In this document: positions 21,187 to 30,677 of the stretch, piece by piece
Numbering within the stretch: the first letter of the stretch is position 1
Layout: each line of letters opens with the position of its first letter
Virus record (IMG/VR): IMGVR_UViG_3300043399_000297
Coordinates: 62,001 to 126,000 of that record
Direction: 5' to 3' (one strand)
Length of the DNA: 64,000 nt
Program-made: the position numbers and the translations under genes
Notes under the pieces: generated by a model
What the model saw: the letters and a program-made list of their open reading frames with translations, nothing else
Databases searched by the model: none
Told to the model about the DNA's origin: nothing

Positions 21187-22908
21187 ATGAAACAAGCAAA
21201 AGTTGAAGTTGGTCATATGGGTAGATATTGGAACGATGATTTCAAAACTTTGCCATATGTGAAACAGGGTGTAACTAAAGAAGAAGTCGAAAACTGGGAG
21301 CGGTTGGGATATTCTGAAAATTTTGTAAAAAGCTACACTGGATCAATGTATGATCACAGTAATGTGATGCCTGAATGGATAGATAGATTTGAAAATGCGT
21401 TTGGTTTATATAAGCAATCCTACACGTTTTACTGTATGCAAACTTGTGAAATTATGCCGACGCACAGTGATCACTTCTCTACCTATTGCAAAATAAATAA
21501 CACCACGCCTGATAAAGTCTATAGGGCAATACTGATGTTAGAAGATTGGAAACCCGGCCACTATTTTGAACTCGACGGTGTTGGATATGTTAACTGGAAG
21601 GCAGGAGACTGGTTCAAATGGAGAGGAGATGTTCCGCATGCCGCAAGCAACATAGGAATAGAGCCTAGGTATACGCTACAAGTTACTGGTCTTGATTTTA
21701 GAGTCGGTCAGTTAAACAGACTGTTTTCATTTAATATACCGGACGTTGAGGAGGAGGATAATCATCCCTTACTAAAAGATATATCTAATAAGATACAAGA
21801 GTCTCATTATATGGTGTATTTAAATAACGGATATATAACTGAGCTTGATTCTATTAACCACTCTCAGGATGTTCAAGAATTATTGAATAAAGAAGGATTG
21901 CATATCTATATGTATGAACCGCTGTGTAGTTATAGAATGCAGCAGGATAATCATACTCAAGGGTTTTATTCAGAATTTGATGATATATCACCTTATGATT
22001 TGCAAGCTGAAGAACTTGATAGCATATATGTTTATGTTAGAAGAAATAATTTGAACAATGTTACTGTTCATACAGGTGATTATAATGCAGGAGATTGGTA
22101 TAAAGATTACACTGATCGAATGAATTTGATATGTGACGATTTGTTTTTGAAAACACAAAAAACAATAGTTAACATACGGGAAACACCTAGTAATGAATTC
22201 ATTTATAATTTTATATGTTTAAACTGGCGCTTTACTAAACATAGACAATTAGTTGCTACTTATCTTGCTGGGCAGTCAGGACATTTGAGTTGGCATTTCA
22301 AATCAAAGTTTGATGTACTAGGAAAAGATTTGTTTTTTGATTTAGCCGAGTGGAAAGAGAAATATCCCACAATATATCAGAGGTTAGAACAAGGATGTGA
22401 CTATATTAGTCAGCATTCACCGTTATGCCTAGACAAAAGATCAAATCGTGCAATAGAAGTGTTAGATCCTAAATATGTAGAAATGTGGCCAGATTCAAAT
22501 GAATATGAACCAGGTGTCACGCCTTCACTGTACAATCAGGTATCCAATAACTTGTCCGATTATTATTTCCACGTGTTTTTGGATGTAGTAAACGAAACTC
22601 GGTTTGCACAACCGACTGCTAACATCAGTGAGAAGACTTTCCAGCCTATGCAATATTTTAAACCCTTTGTGCTAGTTGCCCCACCTAAGTCCCTTGAATA
22701 CGTCAAATCACTCGGTTTTAAAACCTTCAGTGATTTTTGGGATGAGAGCTATGATAACGAGTTTGATCACGGGGAGAGATTAGTTAAGATTTTTCAATTA
22801 TTAGATAAGTTGTTTGCAATGTCTAATCAAGAGCAACGTGACCTTTATAATAAGATGTTGCCTGTATTGCAACATAATTTTGACAGGTATAAGGATTTTG
22901 TGTTATGA
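21187..22908 (+). CDS. Cupin/2OG-Fe(II) oxygenase-like domain fused to a glycosyltransferase-like domain
   Basis: N-terminal PTHSD..DWKPGH..PHAASN..RYTLQVTG; C-terminal LNWRFTKHR..NET..SEKTFQP..KPF..LGFKTF..DESYD. Confidence 0.65.
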   Translation: MKQAKVEVGHMGRYWNDDFKTLPYVKQGVTKEEVENWERLGYSENFVKSYTGSMYDHSNVMPEWIDRFENAFGLYKQSYTFYCMQTCEIMPTHSDHFSTYCKINNTTPDKVYRAILMLEDWKPGHYFELDGVGYVNWKAGDWFKWRGDVPHAASNIGIEPRYTLQVTGLDFRVGQLNRLFSFNIPDVEEEDNHPLLKDISNKIQESHYMVYLNNGYITELDSINHSQDVQELLNKEGLHIYMYEPLCSYRMQQDNHTQGFYSEFDDISPYDLQAEELDSIYVYVRRNNLNNVTVHTGDYNAGDWYKDYTDRMNLICDDLFLKTQKTIVNIRETPSNEFIYNFICLNWRFTKHRQLVATYLAGQSGHLSWHFKSKFDVLGKDLFFDLAEWKEKYPTIYQRLEQGCDYISQHSPLCLDKRSNRAIEVLDPKYVEMWPDSNEYEPGVTPSLYNQVSNNLSDYYFHVFLDVVNETRFAQPTANISEKTFQPMQYFKPFVLVAPPKSLEYVKSLGFKTFSDFWDESYDNEFDHGERLVKIFQLLDKLFAMSNQEQRDLYNKMLPVLQHNFDRYKDFVL

Positions 22909-23651
22909 AAAAGATAGGTTTGGTAGCTGGATGCAGCCATTCGGCAGGCTCAGAAATGGATGGAACAGAGGATAGTTATTATAATCGTCAAAATGCATTT
23001 GGCTCATTATTGTGCAAAAGCCTAGGGTACGAACCAATAAACATTGCATTGGGCGGCGCGGCAAATAGCGGCATCGCAAGAAGTATTTTGTTGTGGTTTG
23101 ATGAGTTTTATAAAAAAGATGAGATGGATGTGTTTGTTGTTATCGGGTGGACTGAAAGCTCAAGACTTGAAGTTCCGGCAGAATCTAGGCTTTGTTATTA
23201 CAACGAAGCTAATAGCAGTGCAGATTGGTATGACGCTTCTGCTAACTATTTTCATAGAATAAACTTTGGGTGGATGGGAGCAACCGAAGAAGAACAGATT
23301 ATGATTCCTATATATCAAAACTTTATGGCAAATAATCCTTCAATTCTAGAAAATTGGTCAGCAACTAGCGTTTTGCAAATTCAATACTTTTTAAAATCGT
23401 TGAATGTTAAGTATGTAATGAGCAATACTATGCATATGTTTCAACCAGACAATGATTTTACTAAGTTCTTGATTAGTCAAATAGATAAAACAAGATATTT
23501 TAATTTACTTACTGATCAAAATATGTCGTTCTATTGGAAGTATGCAAATCTAGGATATGAAAATAAGAAAGCTACATATTGGCATCACGATGAAGAACCT
23601 CACCGGTTGTATGCAGAAGAACTTCTTAAGTTTCTAGAAGACGTAGAATGA
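22905..23651 (+). CDS. SGNH/GDSL-like protein
   Basis: VAGCSHSAG, NIALGGAANSGI, IGWT...R, WHHDEEPH. Confidence 0.55.
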   Translation: MKKIGLVAGCSHSAGSEMDGTEDSYYNRQNAFGSLLCKSLGYEPINIALGGAANSGIARSILLWFDEFYKKDEMDVFVVIGWTESSRLEVPAESRLCYYNEANSSADWYDASANYFHRINFGWMGATEEEQIMIPIYQNFMANNPSILENWSATSVLQIQYFLKSLNVKYVMSNTMHMFQPDNDFTKFLISQIDKTRYFNLLTDQNMSFYWKYANLGYENKKATYWHHDEEPHRLYAEELLKFLEDVE

Positions 23652-24478
23652 TTTTGTACTGTAATGGAGACAGTTTTGTAGCGGGAGTCGAATTGGGGGA
23701 TGATATTTTACCTGAATATCCCGGCACACAAGACTTTGATGCTCCCACTAGTGTAATAAATCTGGCAAAAGAGTGGATATTAAAAACACAGAATCACACA
23801 CATCCGTGGGCGGCTATGCGACAAGAGCTATTCACACAAATTTTTGATATCGAACGCAGTAGAGCTTTCCCTAACAAGATTAGTAAATTACTTAATCTTC
23901 CTGTAATCAATAACGCATTAGGAGGTTCTAGTATGGATAGAATAGCAAGAACTACTATTGATAGCTTAATTGAATTAAAGAGAGAAAATGAGGATATTAT
24001 TGCTATAATAGGAATAACTGAGGCTAGTAGATCAGAACTTGCTAACTTCAATGAGTGTTACAATAACGAGTATTCAACTAGATGGGTAGATATGTCATTG
24101 GGTTATGTTAATGAAGGGGTAAAGCCACTAGAAGCAGTCAGAAACTACAAACTGCGTTATGAAACGGATTATCACTGTCAAATAAATTTCTACAAGAATG
24201 TTATTCTTTTACAAGATTTCTGTAAAGTAAATCATATTCCCTTGTTTTGGGTAAACCCGGGTTTTACTAATCTATCTAACTCGCACCCTGATACTGATTT
24301 GCTAAATATGAAGAATTATGCAAATCTTACTTGTATTGTAGATATGGTAGAGATTGCAAGAAAAATTAATGTTAACGTTAGGTGTCCATCGGGGCATCAT
24401 TCGGAAGTAGTTCACGATGAAGTGGCAAAAATAATTGCCTCGATATTACAGGAGAGCAGCTATGTTCAAATTCATTAA
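23648..24478 (+). CDS. SGNH/GDSL-like protein
   Basis: YCNGDSFVAG, NNALGGSSMDRI, SGHHSEVVH. Confidence 0.6.
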   Translation: MILYCNGDSFVAGVELGDDILPEYPGTQDFDAPTSVINLAKEWILKTQNHTHPWAAMRQELFTQIFDIERSRAFPNKISKLLNLPVINNALGGSSMDRIARTTIDSLIELKRENEDIIAIIGITEASRSELANFNECYNNEYSTRWVDMSLGYVNEGVKPLEAVRNYKLRYETDYHCQINFYKNVILLQDFCKVNHIPLFWVNPGFTNLSNSHPDTDLLNMKNYANLTCIVDMVEIARKINVNVRCPSGHHSEVVHDEVAKIIASILQESSYVQIH

Positions 24479-24566
24479 AAAAATTGTCAACAAGATTAAA
24501 CGAGAGATTACATACCGCAAGCGTGTCAAAGAACTACGCAAAAGAGATCCGTTCATTTACAAATGA
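24462..24566 (+). CDS. 34-aa basic peptide MFKFIKKIVNKIKREITYRKRVKELRKRDPFIYK (not in the ORF track)
   Basis: GGAG RBS upstream; the stop overlaps the carbamoyltransferase start (ATGA); fills the intergenic gap exactly. Confidence 0.75.
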   Translation: MFKFIKKIVNKIKREITYRKRVKELRKRDPFIYK

Positions 24567-26047
24567 GTTATCTAGGCATTAGCTGCGGCTTTCACGATGC
24601 TGCTGTCAGTGTAGTTGACAGTGTTGGCAATATCACCTTCGCCGGACATAGCGAACGTTATAGTAAGAAAAAACACGATGAAAACTTATCTGTTGATCTA
24701 GTCAAAGATGCACTAACGCATTCATATGGCTCTATGGAACTACACTATTATGAGAGACCATACATTAAGGCTATCAGGCAATGGCAAGCTGGACAAGATA
24801 TCGGGCCATTGAACGTTAAAGATATAATTGGCTCAGATGTATTAGATACTCTAAAAATGTATGATAGTAAGATTCATACACACAATCATCATCTTTGTCA
24901 CGCCGCAGCCGGCTTTCAAACAAGCCCATTCAATGATGCTACTGTAGTTGTCATTGATGCGATAGGGGAATTAGATACTATTAGTATTTGGCACGCCACT
25001 TATAATAAGAAAGGTAGAGCGAAGTATAAGAAGCTTTGGGGAAAGAAATATCCTAATTCAATAGGACTAATGTATTCAGCTATGACACAGAGAGTAGGTC
25101 TTAGACCATTAGACGAAGAATACATATTGATGGGTATGGCAGCATATGGCAAACCTAAATATTTTGATTTATTAAATGATACCTTTTTGTCTAATCCTGC
25201 GTATATTGATTTTAGGCAGAACTTGCATACAGGAGTAGATCAAAGTTTCTTGTCCGGTGCAGATGATATGGATATTGCTAGTTCTGCGCAAGCGTTGGCA
25301 GAAGTATTGATTCGAATTGTATTGTTAAAGGCGATGCATCTGGGAAGAAGTAGTAACCTAGTATATAGCGGAGGAGTAGCACTCAACTGTGCAGCCAATA
25401 GATATCTAGGAAGCTATTTCAAAAATATGTGGATTATGCCTAACCCAGGTGATGCAGGCAATAGTCTTGGTGCAGCAGCATTAGGGTACGGTAAGAAATT
25501 AAATTGGACTAATGCATTCTTGGGTTATGAAATCAAAGGCGATTATCCGGTTGACAATCTCATAAAAGAGTTGCATAGTAATAAGATCGTAGGAGTAGCT
25601 AGTGGTAGAGCAGAGTTCGGTCCAAGAGCATTGGGTAATCGTAGTCTGTTAGCAGACCCACGCGGCCCTAATATTAAGGATAAGGTTAATGAGATTAAGC
25701 GAAGACAAAAGTTCAGACCATTTGCGCCGATCGTTTTGGAGGAGTTGGTTACTGATTACTTTGATATGCCTACTGGTTGGACTGACTCTAGGTATATGCA
25801 AGTCGTCGCTATTTGTAGGCATCCTGGTTTATTTCCTGCTATCGTTCACGCTGACGGGACTAGTCGTGTTCAGACTGTTCCTAAAGATGAATCAGGAATC
25901 AGAAAGCTTTTAGAAGTTTGGTACGAACAGACCGGCTGCCCTATGCTTCTTAATACATCACTGAATATTCGCGGTGAACCCATGGTCAACGATAGAAATG
26001 ATGCTGACCGCTTTGAAAAACTCTATGGAGTAAAAGTATATTCATAA
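24563..26047 (+). CDS. O-carbamoyltransferase (NodU/CmcH/TobZ family)
   Basis: HDAA, ERYS, HHLCHA, MGMAAYG, GGVALN, PGDAG, EFGPRALGNRS, FRPFAP, NTSLN. Confidence 0.93.
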   Translation: MSYLGISCGFHDAAVSVVDSVGNITFAGHSERYSKKKHDENLSVDLVKDALTHSYGSMELHYYERPYIKAIRQWQAGQDIGPLNVKDIIGSDVLDTLKMYDSKIHTHNHHLCHAAAGFQTSPFNDATVVVIDAIGELDTISIWHATYNKKGRAKYKKLWGKKYPNSIGLMYSAMTQRVGLRPLDEEYILMGMAAYGKPKYFDLLNDTFLSNPAYIDFRQNLHTGVDQSFLSGADDMDIASSAQALAEVLIRIVLLKAMHLGRSSNLVYSGGVALNCAANRYLGSYFKNMWIMPNPGDAGNSLGAAALGYGKKLNWTNAFLGYEIKGDYPVDNLIKELHSNKIVGVASGRAEFGPRALGNRSLLADPRGPNIKDKVNEIKRRQKFRPFAPIVLEELVTDYFDMPTGWTDSRYMQVVAICRHPGLFPAIVHADGTSRVQTVPKDESGIRKLLEVWYEQTGCPMLLNTSLNIRGEPMVNDRNDADRFEKLYGVKVYS

Positions 26048-26056
26048 GTAGTTATT

Positions 26057-29000
26057 ATGCTACGTGATGTATTTTACTATGGACAGAAACCAAACGTTCA
26101 TCCGAGAGAACAGTTTGCTAAAGATTTAGAAGATGCTAGGAATAAAGCGACTACTCGTGACTTTTGGATAATCAACGAATTCTGCGATTATCGTAATTTT
26201 AATTGGGATTTCGATTTTGAGTTTCTCCCAGATGAAGATGTATGGGCAGAAGATCATAACAATGTATGGCCTAGCCAACATCAAAAAGATTCAGGAACCT
26301 GGTTATGCCCCAAACAGCATAGTGACTTAATTATATATCGGTGTGATGTTGATCCTATCTGGCGCAAGAACGAAAAGCAAAGTGTTAATTGGGTTGAATT
26401 AGATTTAATTGACCATACTAAGTTTGACTTTAGTTGGCATCCTGATCCTACTGATCCTCCTTATATCTATAAGTGGGGATGCAAATATTATCCTGCTCAA
26501 ATCAAGCACGTATTAGAATATCGTGTTCCGGGCTCAACTCAAGAAAAATTTATGGATATTTCTGCGGAACTTTTGCCTGACTGGGATAAATGGGTAATAC
26601 CTGACAGTATAAATAAATCCGGGTTTGATTTTTCTTGGAGACCCAGTCCTCTTGACCCGCCGCTTATATATGAATTTGGAACGCAATGGCAAAAGGATGG
26701 TGGACCGATTTATGTTGCTAGTGGAGCAACTAAAAGGAAGTATATCAATGATCAAAAAGCTACGAGGATTGCTTCAAACGAAAATTGGACGATTCCTGAC
26801 AATATTGATATTGCTGGATTTGATTTATCATGGCATCCAGATAATATTAGTCCTCCTTATATCTATGTATTTGCTACTCAGTGGGCACTCAGTGGCGGAC
26901 CTGTTTACACAGTTCCTGGCGCAACTGAAATCAAATATGTAGACGCTCAGGTAGCTACTGCACTCCCCGATAAAACAAATTGGATATACAACGAAGAAGA
27001 AATTGACGTTTCTAGTTTTGACTTCAGTTGGCATCCCTTTTCAGGGGACGACCCTTTCATCTATCAGTTTGGTACTCAATGGCAAAAGACTGGAGGTCCG
27101 AAATATATTACTCCGGGCGCGGATGAATCAAGCCCGATCAAGTATGTTGATACTCGTATTATCAAAGCTACTCACCTGCCTGACAAAAACAAGTTCATTG
27201 TATTGGGAAACAATGCTGTTCAGGAGTTTGATTATAGTTGGCATCCAGATGATACAGAAGATCCATATATCTATGTGTTTGGCAATCAATGGCATACAGC
27301 AGAAGTTATGCCAACCATTGAATACAGGATGACTGGCGCAACCCAATACAAGTATATAAATGATACTATTGCTATTCTTGGTCCTAATATGACACATTGG
27401 TTTTACGACTCAAACGAGATAGATGTTTCTGATTTTGATTTTAGTTGGTGTCCTAATCCCGGAGAACCTGAATTAATTTATGAGTTTGCTACTCAGTGGC
27501 AAAAGACTGGTGGTCCTAGATATATTGTGCCGGGTGCTACTGACGTAAAGTATTTAGACTTTCAAAAAGCAAGAGCATTGCCTTCTGAAAAAAATTGGAC
27601 AGTTCCTAGCAATATTGATGCAACGTTGTTTGACTTCAGTTGGCATCCTGATGCGACTAGCCCTCCTTATATCTATGTATTTGCTACTCAGTGGGCACTC
27701 AGTGGCGGACCTATATATACTGTACCGAACGCAACCGAATACAAATATGTCGATGAACAGATAGCTACTGCATTACCTGATATGACCAATTGGGTATATG
27801 ACGAAACAAAGATTGATGTTGAAAGTTTTGACTTCAGTTGGCATCCATATGTTGAAGATCAGCCATATATCTATCAGTTCGGTACACAATGGTGGCCAAC
27901 TGGTGGACCAAAATATATTGCACCGGGGGCAACAAGCGCAAGCCCAGTAAAATACATTGATACACGTATCATTAAAGCTAATACAATACCGGGTCTTGAA
28001 AATTGGGAAATTCCGGACGAGGTAGATAAAAGTAAGTTTGATTTTACTTGGATCCCTCATCCAGAAGACCCTCCCTATATATATGTGTTCGGCAATCAGT
28101 GGTTTAGTGCAGAAAAAATGCCCACTGTAAGATATATTGTTGAAGGTGCAACTGAAATTAAGTATGTTCGCGATATCATTGCTACAATAAAACCAAACAA
28201 AGACAATTGGACAATAGCTAATAATATAGTAGTGAAAGAGTTTGATTTTAGTTGGATACCAGATCCTCATTCTCCTCCTTATATCTATGTGTTCGGTAAT
28301 CAATGGTATTCAGCAGAAGAAATGTCAACTGTAGAATATCACACTCTTGGTGCTACTGAAAGAAAATATATTAATGATATTAGGGTTGTGTTAGACAAAA
28401 ACTTTACGAATTGGGAAATACCAAAAGGAATCGATGTTTCGCGATTTGATTTTAGTTGGATCCCTCATCCTAAAGCACCTCCATATATCTACCAGTTCGG
28501 CACCTTAAAGGATCCGTTGGATGGACCTAGATATATTACTCCAGGCAACAATGGAGAAATAGTTCGTGTACCAAGAATAGAACTTGATGAAATTGAATTT
28601 ATGCCTATCAATAGATATTATATTGAAACTACGTTGGATGACTTGATTATTAAACATCCAGATGAAATGTTCTGGGCGCTGAATAAAGAAATAGATTATT
28701 CTACATTTAACTTTGACTGGACCCCTTCATTGGACCAAGCAGATTATATTCAGGTATTCGGTCAAAGCTCAAGTATAAAAACTCAAACTTATTTGATCAA
28801 TTCTACATTGTGGACTAAAGGGTTGCGAGAGTTTAATTATGTAGAAGAACAAGAGAAAAAGACTGTTTCTGATTTGGATATCTTTTTTGTGGACAAAGGA
28901 AACTCAGAAGCTAATGAAAGATTCCATATACTAAAAAACAAGTTCGGCTCAAAGATTCAAAAGACACGATATCTCAACAGTTGGGTAGACACAATTAATC

Positions 29001-30604
29001 GCTGTATTAATCGTGCTACAAGTAATCTAATTTGGATTCTTAACAGCGAATTAGATTATTCTAACTTTGACTTTACTTATTACCCTAACCCTTGGCAGAT
29101 GAAGATGGTTCACGTATTTGGAACACAACATAGTCATTGGGGAACAACTTTTATGGTCAATCGCGAAACGTTTCCCGAAGATACAAAGTATATTAAAATC
29201 ATTGAACATTTGTCAAATCTAAACTTTGTCAAGGACATTAGAGCCAAAGCAACTGAATGTGTATATGATATTGTCATTATAGACCACAATAATATAGAAA
29301 GCTTATCAGTTACAGAAACGATGAAAAGAGTTTGGGCTCCTAATAGGAATGTTACTACTATAAAATATGAGGATAGTTATCTAAACACAATTCGTAACTA
29401 TGTAAAGAAGTTACCTGACAAAAAAGAACATTATCTTTGGATTTGCTCAAGCGTATGCGACTATACTAACTTTGACTTTAGTTATATATGTGATCCCTTT
29501 GCTAAAGATAATCTACACGTATTTCCCAGCAATAATCAAAAGTTTGGGGACACGTTCTTGTTGGATGTAAACAAGACTAAAGAAATCATAGATGATCTAG
29601 AAAAACTTGAAGATTATAATAAGGTGAGCTATAACAGTGCTACGAAGGCGAATAGATTGTTGCCACCAATCATCGTCACAGAAAATGATACGCATACCAA
29701 TTCATTAGAAACTATTACAGGATTTCCTTATGCAAGACTGATTACTAAGGACAACTTGAATGTTGAAGTTCCTGAGATTGAACCTATGAATCTATGGTCA
29801 CCTGAAACTAAGAACATTCAGGTACTAAGCACCGGTGCAACTCATATTGTAGCTCCTATAGAAATTAAAGATTATGTCAAGAAAGAACTATACGAATATC
29901 CATATATTAAACGCGCTCCAAAGTTAGCATTGTCTAATCCTATTGATATCGTGTTCTTGAGCAACGGTGAAATTGGTGCAGAAGAAAACTATGAACATCT
30001 ATTGAATATCACTAAGAACTTGAAGAACCGTGTAGTGAGAGTAGATGGGGTGAACGGTCGTGTTGCAGCATATCATAAAGCAGCAGAAGCTAGCGAAACG
30101 CCGTGGTTCTTCACGGTGTTTGCTAAGTTGAAGGTTAGTCCCAAATTTGATTTTAACTGGCAACCTGACAGAATGCAAATCCCCAAGCACTACATCTTCC
30201 ACGCAAAGAATCCTGTCAATGGGTTGACATATGGTCACCAGGCAATGATTGCATACAACAAAAAGCTTACTCTTGCTAATGAGGGATATGGACTAGACTT
30301 TACATTAGATGACGAACACGAGGTTGTGCCACTTATCTCTGGTACCGCACATTATAATACAGATGAATTTTCTACTTGGAGAACAGCATTTAGAGAGGTA
30401 ATCAAGCTTAAAGCAGACATTAGTGATATAGCCAAAGATAGACTTGATGTATGGTTGAATAAAGCAGAAGGTGACTTTGCTCAATATAGCATTAAGGGTG
30501 CATTGGATGCTGATGAATATTATGATGAAGTCAATGGCGAGTTTGACAAACTCAAGCTAAGCTATGAATGGGATTGGCTACGCAAAAAGTTTGGGGAAAT
30601 GTGA
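26057..30604 (+). CDS. 1515-aa protein with tandem FDFSWxP/PYIY repeats and degenerate GT-A-like domains
   Basis: 11 internal repeats of about 65 aa; C-terminal domain homologous to ORF 1703 (DIVFLS, RVDGVNG, WRTAFREVIK). Confidence 0.75.
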   Translation: MLRDVFYYGQKPNVHPREQFAKDLEDARNKATTRDFWIINEFCDYRNFNWDFDFEFLPDEDVWAEDHNNVWPSQHQKDSGTWLCPKQHSDLIIYRCDVDPIWRKNEKQSVNWVELDLIDHTKFDFSWHPDPTDPPYIYKWGCKYYPAQIKHVLEYRVPGSTQEKFMDISAELLPDWDKWVIPDSINKSGFDFSWRPSPLDPPLIYEFGTQWQKDGGPIYVASGATKRKYINDQKATRIASNENWTIPDNIDIAGFDLSWHPDNISPPYIYVFATQWALSGGPVYTVPGATEIKYVDAQVATALPDKTNWIYNEEEIDVSSFDFSWHPFSGDDPFIYQFGTQWQKTGGPKYITPGADESSPIKYVDTRIIKATHLPDKNKFIVLGNNAVQEFDYSWHPDDTEDPYIYVFGNQWHTAEVMPTIEYRMTGATQYKYINDTIAILGPNMTHWFYDSNEIDVSDFDFSWCPNPGEPELIYEFATQWQKTGGPRYIVPGATDVKYLDFQKARALPSEKNWTVPSNIDATLFDFSWHPDATSPPYIYVFATQWALSGGPIYTVPNATEYKYVDEQIATALPDMTNWVYDETKIDVESFDFSWHPYVEDQPYIYQFGTQWWPTGGPKYIAPGATSASPVKYIDTRIIKANTIPGLENWEIPDEVDKSKFDFTWIPHPEDPPYIYVFGNQWFSAEKMPTVRYIVEGATEIKYVRDIIATIKPNKDNWTIANNIVVKEFDFSWIPDPHSPPYIYVFGNQWYSAEEMSTVEYHTLGATERKYINDIRVVLDKNFTNWEIPKGIDVSRFDFSWIPHPKAPPYIYQFGTLKDPLDGPRYITPGNNGEIVRVPRIELDEIEFMPINRYYIETTLDDLIIKHPDEMFWALNKEIDYSTFNFDWTPSLDQADYIQVFGQSSSIKTQTYLINSTLWTKGLREFNYVEEQEKKTVSDLDIFFVDKGNSEANERFHILKNKFGSKIQKTRYLNSWVDTINRCINRATSNLIWILNSELDYSNFDFTYYPNPWQMKMVHVFGTQHSHWGTTFMVNRETFPEDTKYIKIIEHLSNLNFVKDIRAKATECVYDIVIIDHNNIESLSVTETMKRVWAPNRNVTTIKYEDSYLNTIRNYVKKLPDKKEHYLWICSSVCDYTNFDFSYICDPFAKDNLHVFPSNNQKFGDTFLLDVNKTKEIIDDLEKLEDYNKVSYNSATKANRLLPPIIVTENDTHTNSLETITGFPYARLITKDNLNVEVPEIEPMNLWSPETKNIQVLSTGATHIVAPIEIKDYVKKELYEYPYIKRAPKLALSNPIDIVFLSNGEIGAEENYEHLLNITKNLKNRVVRVDGVNGRVAAYHKAAEASETPWFFTVFAKLKVSPKFDFNWQPDRMQIPKHYIFHAKNPVNGLTYGHQAMIAYNKKLTLANEGYGLDFTLDDEHEVVPLISGTAHYNTDEFSTWRTAFREVIKLKADISDIAKDRLDVWLNKAEGDFAQYSIKGALDADEYYDEVNGEFDKLKLSYEWDWLRKKFGEM
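26385..28560 (+). repeat. Coding tandem repeat array (11 units of about 200 bp) with an 810-bp higher-order duplication
   Basis: Unit is NW...ID...FDFSWxP...PYIYxFGxQW...Y..PGAT..KY; 51 bp are identical at 26852-26902 and 27662-27712. Confidence 0.85.
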
Positions 30605-30613
30605 TTATTTCAC

Positions 30614-30642
30614 TTGACAATATGGTATAAGATAAGTATATT
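30614..30642 (+). promoter_or_regulatory. sigma70-type promoter
   Basis: TTGACA-17-TATATT. Confidence 0.7.
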
Positions 30643-30677
30643 AGAACATAGTTCAATTTATCTTGAAGGATATTAAA

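Noticed and set aside
20191-26047. Saxitoxin cluster (amidinotransferase plus carbamoyltransferase)
   Set aside because: No SxtA-like PKS/AONS, cyclase or Rieske oxygenase seen
26385-28560. Repeats as a CRISPR array or DGR template/variable pair
   Set aside because: They are in-frame degenerate coding repeats with no spacer structure, and no cas or reverse transcriptase gene is in the window
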